From Verrucomicrobiia bacterium (GTDB lineage: Bacteria > Verrucomicrobiota > Verrucomicrobiia > Limisphaerales > JADLHS01), in NCBI GenBank assembly GCA_026125285.1, contig JAHCLO010000003.1, positions 40,661 through 104,660 on the forward strand: DNA of 64,000 bases, in the 5' to 3' direction. This document shows, piece after piece, positions 1 through 7,657 of the stretch. Numbering within the stretch: the stretch's first letter is position 1; each line of letters starts with the position of its first letter. The notes under the pieces are model-generated. The model was not told the origin of the DNA, ran no database searches, and saw only the letters and a list, made by a program, of their open reading frames with translations. The translations under genes and the position numbers were made by a program.

Positions 1-1305
1 GCGACTCAGGCTGGTTTGGGATTCATCGCAGGCGTATTGGAGGAACCGGCGCGTTTCCGCGTCGTCCAGCACGGCGGCACCGGCGTTTTCCAGGGCTTGG
101 ATCAGAGGCTGATAGACTGCTTCGACGGCAACGAGGTTGTGTTCCGAACCGCAGATCAGGCCGTTGTCGAAGGACTTGCTCAACACAATGCTGCTCGCCG
201 CCGCGACCACGTCGGCATCCGAGCAGACCAAAGCCGGTGCGTTGCCGGGACCGACCCCAATCGCGGGCCGGCCAGAGCTGTAGGCGGCTTTGACCATACT
301 GCTCCCACCCGTGGCAAGGATCAGAGATACGCCGGAATGTCGAAAGAACATCTCCGTCTTCTTGCGTGAATTCCGATCGCGCACCCATTGCACCAAATCC
401 GGCGGAGCGCCGTGATGCTGAAGAATCGGGAGCAGCAGCCTGCCGAAGGTGTCGCCCAGTTCCCGCGTGGAACGATGAAAACTCAATATGAGCGCGTTGC
501 GGCTTTTCAGGCAGATCAAGGTCTTGAAGATGGCGGTAGCCACCGGATTGGTGACAGGAATCAAACCGAAAACCACGCCGACCGGAGCAGCCCATTCACT
601 GACCTCGCGCTCGTTGCGGCTCAACAGTCCGGCGCCTTTGCGGCCCGCAAGATGACGGAAAACCCCCACGCTGGCCATTCGGTTCTTCAACGTCTTGTCC
701 GGGACGTTGCCCATGCGCGTGACCTGGACGGTCTGTTCCGCCAGTGGCCCGGCTTGCGCGGCAAACGTGCTGGCGATCTCTTCCAGCAAGCTGTCCATCC
801 GCTCCTCCGGCCAGTCGGTCAGTATGGGATACGCCGCTTGCGCCCGCGCAACCATGCGATCAACGTCCGCATCAGTTTCGTTGCCCAAGGCATCGGCGAG
901 CCGCGCGTTGGCCTGACGAAGTTTGAGGGCGGCCTGTTTGCCCAAGTAGGAAAGCAGGGTGATCAACTCCTGGGGCCGCTCCCGCGCCATTGCTTCCTGG
1001 TGCGTAAAATCAAACCGCCGTGCCTGCACGGCCGTGTGGGCGTACGCCGAGGCGGAACGCGGCTTCTGATCCAGCAACGCCAGTTCTCCCAAGACTTCTG
1101 ATCGGCCGACAAAACCCAGCACCGTGTCGGAATCAAGCTCTTCGCGCTCATGCTGGATGGCGACTACTCCGTCATCAATCACGTAAAAACAATCCGCCTC
1201 GTCGCCCTCGCGAAAGATCAGCGCACCCTTGTTGAATGAGACTGGCTCGAAGTACTCCGCCAGGCACTTGTCCCTCCCCAGGAATGTTGCGGTGCTGTTG
1301 CTCAT
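1..1305 (-). CDS. cNMP-binding (CAP effector) domain fused to acylating aldehyde dehydrogenase (AdhE N-terminal/EutE type); partial, C-terminus beyond window edge
   Basis: Not in supplied ORF track (no stop inside window). Own translation of minus strand from ATG (rc of 1303-1305), 435 codons open to position 1: MSNSTATFLGRDKCLAEYFEPVSFNKGALIFREGDEADCFYVIDDGVVAI...LGELALLDQKPRSASAYA (cNMP-binding fold incl. RSAS phosphate-binding cassette), then ...PVGVVFGLIPVTNPVATAIFKTLICLKSRNALILSFH...ILATGGSSMVKAAYSSGRPAIGVGPGNAP...LSKSFDNGLICGSEHN (catalytic Cys motif of acylating ALDHs). Confidence 0.75.
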   Translation of the reverse strand, partial: MSNSTATFLGRDKCLAEYFEPVSFNKGALIFREGDEADCFYVIDDGVVAIQHEREELDSDTVLGFVGRSEVLGELALLDQKPRSASAYAHTAVQARRFDFTHQEAMARERPQELITLLSYLGKQAALKLRQANARLADALGNETDADVDRMVARAQAAYPILTDWPEERMDSLLEEIASTFAAQAGPLAEQTVQVTRMGNVPDKTLKNRMASVGVFRHLAGRKGAGLLSRNEREVSEWAAPVGVVFGLIPVTNPVATAIFKTLICLKSRNALILSFHRSTRELGDTFGRLLLPILQHHGAPPDLVQWVRDRNSRKKTEMFFRHSGVSLILATGGSSMVKAAYSSGRPAIGVGPGNAPALVCSDADVVAAASSIVLSKSFDNGLICGSEHNLVAVEAVYQPLIQALENAGAAVLDDAETRRFLQYACDESQTSLSR

Positions 1306-1641
1306 GGGGCGAGGATCACCCTTCCATCTCCCGCCGCCGCATAAAGCGGGTTTTCTCGCTCGAACATTTGGGAAGTCGCTGAAGTCCAGTTGTCGCGCGT
1401 GACGTGTTGCCCGTTGCAGGAGCCGGAAGGGAGCACAACGCCGTGCCGGCGCGGCGGCAAGCCCCAATGTCGGGGGCGACACGTATGACAAAGCATGGCC
1501 AGTGCGTTGCAGCAAGAGTTGATGGAAACGCAGTCTATGGCGATTCGGCTGATTGGCAAGAGGGAACTAGCCATCGCGATTTCTGCAAAAAGACAATTTA
1601 CTTGAGCGCGGGTTTCGGTAGATTCCCGCGCAAGCACACTC

Positions 1642-3978
1642 TTGAAGACACGGTTTCTTAACCGCCCAGTGAACTGGATGGCATCGCATCCAGTACTGAC
1701 TCTTGCCGGCTGTCTGCTCATCACCGCCCTCCTCGCCGCGGGATTGCCCCGGCTGCGCTTTTCTAATGACATCGAGGTTTTTTTCGACCAGAGCAACCCA
1801 CAGCTCAAGGCCTATCGGGCGTTGGAGAACACCTACAATAAATGGGACAGCGTGTTGTTCGTGGTTTCTCCCGGCAATAGCAGCGTCTTCACCCGGGAGA
1901 ATCTGATGGCGGTGGAGTATCTCACCCAGGAGGCGTGGCAGCTTCCCTACTCGCGCCGGGTGGATTCGATCAACAACTTTCAGAACAGCTTCGCGCAGGA
2001 AGGCGACTTGATCGTGGAAGACCTTGTTCCTGACGCGGCGGCATTGTCCGATGAAGACCTTGAACGGGTGCAGCGGATTGCGTTGAGTGAGCCGTTGTTG
2101 GTGAACCGGTTGGTTTCGCCTTCCGGCCACGTCACCGGAGTCAATGTGCCGGTGCGCTTGCCAGGCAAGGACCCGTTGAAAGAGCAGCCGGAGGTAGCCC
2201 TGGCCGCGCGGCGGCTGGCCGCAGACGTGGAGGAGAAATTCCCGGGAACGCAAGTGCGGTTGACGGGGATCATCATGATCAACCAGGCGCTCGCCGAAGC
2301 CGGCGTCAAGGACATGGTCACCTTGATGCCCATTATGTTTGGGCTGATGCTCATTGGCTTTGCCATCCTGTTACGCACCTGGGCCTCAGCCCTGGCGGCT
2401 TTGATGGTGATCCTGTTTGCCAATCTGGCCGCCTACGGTCTGGCGGGCTGGTTGGGGATCATCATTTCACCGCCGGTTATTTCCGCCGCCAATATGATCA
2501 TGACGCTGGCGGTGGCCGACTCGGTTCACATCCTGACCACCTTCATGGAGAATTATCGCTCCGGCCTGAGCAAGTCCGCCGCGATGGCCGGGAGCCTGAC
2601 GACGAACTTCGGTCCGGTCTTTTTCACCAGCTTTACGACCTTCCTCGGATTTCTGAGTTTGAACACCAGCGATTCACCACCGTTTCGCGATTTGGGAAAC
2701 GTGGTGGCCGCCGGCGTATTGTTTGCGTGGATCCTCACCTACACCTTGTTGCCCGCGGCGATGCTCCTCCTGCCCGTGCGAACGCCGCGCATGTCCGCCA
2801 GCGGCGAACCAGCCTGGGGAGCCGCGCTGGGTCACTGGATTTGCCGAAATCGTAAGACGGTTCTGGTAGCCAGCACGGTGTTCACGCTCGTGCCGGCCGC
2901 GTTCATCATCCGCAACAAGACCGACGACGAATTTCTCACCTATTTCCACAAGGAAGTTCCCTTCCGCCAACATGCGGATTACGCCATCCAGAATCTGACC
3001 GGTTTTGAGTACATCCAATACTCGCTCGATTCAGGCGAGCCGGGCGGAATTTCCAACCCGGATTACCTGGCCAAAGTGGAGGCGTTTGCGGAGTGGTATG
3101 CGCGGCAACCGAAGGTGCGCCATGTCTTTGCCTACACCGACATCATCAAGCGGCTCAACCGCAACATGCATGAAGACAAACCGGAGGAGTATCGCATCCC
3201 GGAGGAGCGCGAACTGGCGGCGCAATGCCTGTTGCTGTACGAACTGTCGTTGCCCTTCGGCAAGGACCTGACGGACCAGATCAACCTGGATAAATCGGCC
3301 ACGTTGTTCCAGGTGAGTTTGGCGAACATCAGCAGCAACGAGATGCTGGACCTGGACCGGCGCGCGCGGGACTGGTTGCGCGAGAATGACCTTTCGCCGC
3401 AGAGCGAAGGCACCGGGCAGTCGTTGGTGTTCGCGCATATTGGCCTTCGCAACATTCGCAGTCTGCTGGGCGGCACGGTGGGAGCGCTGGTGTTGATCTC
3501 CTTGTGCATGATTTGGGTCACGCGCTCGTGGAAATTCGGACTCCTGAGCCTGCTCCCCAATCTGGCCCCCGCCGCCATCGCGTTCGGCATCTGGGGGATC
3601 TTCGTCGGCGAAGTCGGGCTGGCCCTGTCCGTGGTCATCGGCATGACCCTTGGGATCGTGGTGGATGACAGCATCCATTTGCTCAGTCATTATCTTGAAG
3701 CGCGGCGGGCCGGAGGATTGTCGCCGGAAGCCGCCGTGCAACGGACGCTGAAGGAATTGGTGAAGCCGATGGTCTCAAGCACTGTGATTCTGGTGGTGGG
3801 CTTCGGTGTGCTGGCTTTCTCGAACTTTGAACTGAATCGCGGCATGGGTCTGCTCAGTGCCGTGACCATCGCGGTCGCCCTGATCTTTGATCTCTTCGCC
3901 CTGCCGGCGCTACTGACAGCCATTGATCGCCGCACCAGTCCGTCAAGCTCGAAAGCCAGCCATGCCCTTCCGGGATGA
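1642..3978 (+). CDS. MMPL/RND-superfamily membrane exporter
   Basis: 778-aa ORF with two hydrophobic multi-helix blocks (...IIMINQALAEAGVKDMVTLMPIMFGLMLIGFAILL... and ...LAPAAIAFGIWGIFVGEVGLALSVVIGMTLGIVVDDSIHLLSHY...), each preceded by a large soluble loop, the MMPL/RND permease layout. TTG start at 1642, first ATG at 1678. Confidence 0.85.
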   Translation: MKTRFLNRPVNWMASHPVLTLAGCLLITALLAAGLPRLRFSNDIEVFFDQSNPQLKAYRALENTYNKWDSVLFVVSPGNSSVFTRENLMAVEYLTQEAWQLPYSRRVDSINNFQNSFAQEGDLIVEDLVPDAAALSDEDLERVQRIALSEPLLVNRLVSPSGHVTGVNVPVRLPGKDPLKEQPEVALAARRLAADVEEKFPGTQVRLTGIIMINQALAEAGVKDMVTLMPIMFGLMLIGFAILLRTWASALAALMVILFANLAAYGLAGWLGIIISPPVISAANMIMTLAVADSVHILTTFMENYRSGLSKSAAMAGSLTTNFGPVFFTSFTTFLGFLSLNTSDSPPFRDLGNVVAAGVLFAWILTYTLLPAAMLLLPVRTPRMSASGEPAWGAALGHWICRNRKTVLVASTVFTLVPAAFIIRNKTDDEFLTYFHKEVPFRQHADYAIQNLTGFEYIQYSLDSGEPGGISNPDYLAKVEAFAEWYARQPKVRHVFAYTDIIKRLNRNMHEDKPEEYRIPEERELAAQCLLLYELSLPFGKDLTDQINLDKSATLFQVSLANISSNEMLDLDRRARDWLRENDLSPQSEGTGQSLVFAHIGLRNIRSLLGGTVGALVLISLCMIWVTRSWKFGLLSLLPNLAPAAIAFGIWGIFVGEVGLALSVVIGMTLGIVVDDSIHLLSHYLEARRAGGLSPEAAVQRTLKELVKPMVSSTVILVVGFGVLAFSNFELNRGMGLLSAVTIAVALIFDLFALPALLTAIDRRTSPSSSKASHALPG

Positions 3979-4802
3979 TCCATTTACACTTTATGAAATA
4001 CTCACACCTCACACGTTCACGCGGCCTGCGCGCCGTGTTCCTCCTTACGCTGCTACCTGTGCTTCCGAGTTGGGCGCAGAAGGACCCAGTCGCGACCGGG
4101 CTGGAGATTGCCCAAGAAGCCAAGCGGCGCGACACAGGCTACCAGGATTTTGTCACGGAAGTGACCATGATCCTGCGCAACAAGGCGGGCCAGGAAAGCA
4201 GCCGCAAACTTCTCATCAAGACGATCGAGAACGAGAACAAAGGTGAGAAGAGCCTGCTCGTGTTTCAATCCCCGGCGGACATTGACGGCACCGCGCTCCT
4301 GACCTTTTCCTCGCGAACCGAAGCGGACGATCAATGGCTTTATCTGCCGGCCACCAAACGGGTGCGGCGCATCGCCACCGGCAGCAAAACCGGTTCGTTT
4401 GTGGGGAGCGAATTCACGTACGAGGATATCAGCCCGCAACAGGTGGAGAAGTACACCTATCGTTACATCCGCGACGAAGCCTTTGAGGGCCAGACCTGCT
4501 TTGTGGTGGAACGCTATCCCACCGATCCCAAGTCGGGCTACAAACGGCAGGTCACATGGCTGGACCAGGCCGAGTACCGTCCTTTGAAAGTTGATTTTTA
4601 CGACAGCAAAGATGCCCATGTCAAAACGCTCCACTTCCGCGGCTATCAGAAGTACCTCGACCGGTTTTGGCGGCCGGACGAATTGTTGATGGAGAACAAA
4701 CTTTCCGGCAAAAGCACCAAGCTAGTGTTCCAGAACTACAAGTTCCGCACCGGACTGAAGGAGGCCGATTTTGACCAGAACCTCCTCGACCGCCTGCGCT
4801 AA
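3975..4802 (+). CDS. LolA-like 'outer membrane lipoprotein-sorting' family protein
   Basis: 275-aa ORF overlapping the exporter stop by 4 nt; N-terminal signal peptide; motif DQWLYLPATKRVRRIATGSKTGSFVGSEFTYEDI typical of the LolA-like family often paired with MMPL exporters. Start may be ATG 3993. Confidence 0.75.
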   Translation: MIHLHFMKYSHLTRSRGLRAVFLLTLLPVLPSWAQKDPVATGLEIAQEAKRRDTGYQDFVTEVTMILRNKAGQESSRKLLIKTIENENKGEKSLLVFQSPADIDGTALLTFSSRTEADDQWLYLPATKRVRRIATGSKTGSFVGSEFTYEDISPQQVEKYTYRYIRDEAFEGQTCFVVERYPTDPKSGYKRQVTWLDQAEYRPLKVDFYDSKDAHVKTLHFRGYQKYLDRFWRPDELLMENKLSGKSTKLVFQNYKFRTGLKEADFDQNLLDRLR

Positions 4803-4820
4803 CCCCGGCGGGCAGAACCC

Positions 4821-6020
4821 ATGAGGGCATGGAAGTGCATCGCAATTGGTGCGAGCCTGCTACTGGGCGGTGCTGTCGCGTGGCCGGCGGAGCCGCGAGT
4901 GGGCGGTTACGCGGCGATGGAATTTCGCGGATTCCCGGTCGAGCCGCTTGACCGCCGTCAGAGCTACGCGGAACCTTCTTTCCAACTGCAACCAGAGTTC
5001 CGGCTGGATTGGGATCAACCGCGGCTCGGCGTTACTTTCACTCCATTCTTCCGTTATGACTACCGCGACTCGGAGCGGACGCACGCGGACGTTCGCGAGA
5101 TGAATTTATCCTGGCGACAGGGAAACTGGGACACCCGGTTCGGGGTAAGCAAAGTGTTCTGGGGCTCACTCGAAGCGGTGCATCTGGTGGATGTGATCAA
5201 CCAGAGCGACCTGGTCGAACATCCGGACGGTGAAGAGAAGCTGGGGCAGCCGATGCTCAATGTCAGTTACCAGTCGGAGATCGGCCGGTGGAGCTTCTTC
5301 TACCTGCCCTACTTTCGCGAGCGGACTTTTCCCGGCAAGGATGGGCGACTGCGGCTGCACCCGCGAGTGGTCAATGATGATCCGGTCTTTGAGTCGTCCC
5401 TGGAGGAATGGCACCCGGACTTCAGCCTGCGTTGGAGCCATTCGATTCAGAGCCTGGACTTGGGAGTTTATTACTTCCGGGGAACGACCCGCGAACCTGC
5501 CTATCGGTTGGCAGTGCGCGGCACGGAGCCGGTGCTCCGCCCCGTGTACGACATCGTCCACCAGGCCGGACTGGACCTGCAATGGGCGGTGTCCGACTGG
5601 CTATGGAAAGGCGAAGTGATGTTCCGCAGCGGGCAGGATCGTGACTTTTCCCGAGTGGGTTTCGGGTTTGAATACACGTTTCATGGAATTTTCGGTACGG
5701 CGGCCGACTTGGGCTACATCAATGAGTTTTACTACGATTCGATGGGGAACAACCTGCTGAATCCATACGAGCGGGATTTGGTGACCGGGGTGCGGCTGGC
5801 GTTCAACGACCTCAAGAGCACCACACTGCTGGCCGCGATCCTGACTGATGTGGTAGATGGCTCGAGCGTCCTCACCTTCGAGGCCACCCGACGGCTCAGG
5901 AAGAACTGGGTGTTGCGACTCGAAGCCTCGGCTTTCATTTCCATTCCCCGGGACGACTATCCCTTGAACAGTTTTCGCCGCGATCACTACCTCCAGTTGG
6001 GTCTGGAATATCATTTCTAA
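4821..6020 (+). CDS. putative outer-membrane beta-barrel protein, family unknown
   Basis: 399-aa ORF; signal peptide MRAWKCIAIGASLLLGGAVAWPA; Tyr/Phe/Trp-rich alternating segments; C-terminal ...LQLGLEYHF (aromatic terminal residue typical of OMPs); 18 nt downstream of the LolA-like gene. Confidence 0.5.
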   Translation: MRAWKCIAIGASLLLGGAVAWPAEPRVGGYAAMEFRGFPVEPLDRRQSYAEPSFQLQPEFRLDWDQPRLGVTFTPFFRYDYRDSERTHADVREMNLSWRQGNWDTRFGVSKVFWGSLEAVHLVDVINQSDLVEHPDGEEKLGQPMLNVSYQSEIGRWSFFYLPYFRERTFPGKDGRLRLHPRVVNDDPVFESSLEEWHPDFSLRWSHSIQSLDLGVYYFRGTTREPAYRLAVRGTEPVLRPVYDIVHQAGLDLQWAVSDWLWKGEVMFRSGQDRDFSRVGFGFEYTFHGIFGTAADLGYINEFYYDSMGNNLLNPYERDLVTGVRLAFNDLKSTTLLAAILTDVVDGSSVLTFEATRRLRKNWVLRLEASAFISIPRDDYPLNSFRRDHYLQLGLEYHF

Positions 6021-6139
6021 ACCAGGGGGCATTTTCGGGCGCAGCGTATCTGCTCACAACGACCTCACCGTGCAAGTTCTTGCTCACGATCAGGCTTTGC
6101 TCGCTGTTTGCGGTGGAGTCGCCCGGATTGTCTGGCGGC

Positions 6140-6445
6140 ATGACGCCTGAAAGACTATTGCATGAATTGCTGGGACTGGGGTTGAGCTGGGAAGTAATTG
6201 AAAGCCGTTTTGCGCGGGGAAGCGGGACGGTCTTTTTAGAGGTTCGCGAGACGCCGCGCTTGTGGGAGTCGGTACGCTGCCCCGAGGACGGGGGGCTGGT
6301 TTTCTGTTACGATCACACGGGGGTTTTGAGCGAGCGGCATCTCAATATTTTCCAACATCGCTGCGAGATCACGTGTCGGTTGCCGCGGGGGAAGTGCCGT
6401 CAGTGCGGGCAGGGGTTCCGGGTGCGGCCGCCGTGGGAAGGGTAG
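6140..6445 (+). pseudogene. ISL3-family transposase N-terminal fragment (zinc-finger region only)
   Basis: MTPERLLHELLGLGLSWEVIESRF...VRCPEDGGLVFCYDHTGVLSERHLNIFQHRCEITCRLPRGKCRQCGQGFRVRPPWEG* matches the ISL3 N-terminal layout (CPxxG...RHLNxFQH...RxxCxxCG...PW); ends after ~100 aa, no DDE domain follows. Confidence 0.65.
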
Positions 6446-6559
6446 AGCACGCCTTTCACTCACTTGGCAAACACCGGGCTCATTCCCCAGCAAATCACCT
6501 GGGGCAGCCCTCCTTTGTCACTTCTGTGGGATGACCGTGAAACTCTATTCCATCCCAAG

Positions 6560-7020
6560 AACGGTAGTAAAGATTCCAGCTTTGTGTGTCACACAGAGCA
6601 CGAAGTCCGAGCCGATGCGTTGCCAAGCCTCAGCTTTGAACGGCTTGTCGTAGATCAACATTTGGCGATAAGGAGAAGGCGCTGGCTGCGCGCCCAAACA
6701 CCGCGCCTGGGAGGGCGGAGTCTGCAGGCCATCATCGCGGGCGTGAACCGGAGCCTGCGGGGCTGGTAGGGGTATTTCCAGCACAGCCAGGCCAACACGT
6801 TTGCGACGGTGGACGGGTATGTGCGGAGACGCTTGAGGAGTCTGCTGGAAAAGCGACGCGGACGGACGCGCCACGGGAGGGGAAGGGTTGATGAATGAAT
6901 GGTTTGCCCGCCGTGGGCTGCTGTCCTTGGCAGCGGCACAAGCGTGGACGCGGATAATCGTAGGACTACAAACCCACTGACTGGAGAGCCGGATGCGGGA
7001 ATTCCGCCTGTCCGGTTACC
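6560..7020 (+). mobile_element. group II intron 3' remnant: degenerate maturase (domain X / C-terminal) coding tail plus ribozyme domain V
   Basis: Translation ...RAQTPRLGGRSLQAIIAGVNRSLRGW*GYFQHSQANTFATVDGYVRRRLRSLLEKRRGRTRHGRG...NEWFARRGLLSLAAAQAW resembles the conserved C-terminus of bacterial group II intron RT/maturases (...SLxxVIxxxNxxLRGWxxYFxH...RRRLR...WFxxxGLxSL) with an in-frame TAG. No RT fingers/palm region upstream. Domain V follows. Confidence 0.65.
6986..7019 (+). ncRNA. group II intron domain V-like hairpin
   Basis: GAGCCGGAUGCGGGAAUUCCGCCUGUCCGGUUAC: AGC triad near the 5' end, lower helix AGCCGGAU/GUCCGGUU, 2-nt bulge CU, upper helix GCGG(G)/(U)CCGC. Same architecture as consensus GAGCCGUAUGCGAUGAAAGUCGCACGUACGGUUC. 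Hand-folded only. Confidence 0.6.
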
Positions 7021-7308
7021 CCGAAAGTGCTTCGCAAGTCCTTGGAAATCAACAAACCCATTTTCATGCGAAGTAGTGGCCCGAAGGGCTGGTGGATTCG
7101 TGTGGAGCTTCGACCTCCAACAATGGACGCGCATCGGGGCCATGAACCGGCCTCGGATGGATTGCTTGATTATCAACAGCTTGCGAGTCCGATTCATAGA
7201 AAGATTTTCTCCCAGGGCGAGGCTTCAAACGCCCCTGGCCGCCGCTCATCAAGATGGATGACGCAGTGAGACAGAAGATGGAATGGCTTGATGCCGTAAA
7301 GTGAAACC

Positions 7309-7545
7309 ATGAGTGAGATCACTCGCATCCTTGAAAGGGCGCGAACCGGCGACCCTCAAGTTGCCGCAGAGTTGTTTCCGCTGGTCTATGACGAATTGCG
7401 CCGGGTGGCCGCTGCCAAGATGGCGCGCGAACCGGCGGGCCAGACACTTCGCCCAACTGCGCTGGTTCACGAGGCCTGGCTGCGGTCAGGTGGCGGCGGC
7501 CAACCCGCCCGCGCCAGTTCATCTTTTCATCCCGTCCTGGGATGA
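7309..7545 (+). pseudogene. truncated ECF sigma factor (region 2 N-terminal part only)
   Basis: First 59 aa collinear with the full-length ECF at 10503 (MSEITRILERARTGDPQVAAELFPLVYDELRRVAAAKMAREPAGQTLRPTALVHEAWLR vs MSDVTRILDAVQQGDAAAAKDLLPLVYEELRRLARSKMAQQASGHTLQPTALVHEAWLR), then diverges and stops at 78 aa; lacks rest of sigma-2 and all of sigma-4. Confidence 0.7.
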
Positions 7546-7602
7546 CTATGAATCAGTTTCCCTCTCAGTCGTGATCGGGAAAACATGTCACCTCGATACG
7601 CT

Positions 7603-7634
7603 TTGACCGTTTTGGTTGGGAAAAATCGTAAACC
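7603..7634 (+). promoter_or_regulatory. candidate ECF-type promoter upstream of kinase-sigma operon
   Basis: TTGACCGTTTTGGTTGGGAAAAATCGTAAACC; 25/32 ungapped identity to 11209-11240. TGACCGT (-35-like) and CGTAA (-10-like, ECF promoters typically carry CGT) about 18 nt apart; 27 nt upstream of ATG 7658. Confidence 0.4.
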
Positions 7635-7657
7635 TTGCTAGAAACAGCGGTGAGCCC

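Noticed and set aside
1302-1808. 168-aa minus ORF and 85-aa plus ORF in the divergent region between the ALDH fusion and the exporter
   Set aside because: They overlap the 5' ends of both well-supported genes and have no motifs. The region 1306-1641 is more simply a divergent promoter region.
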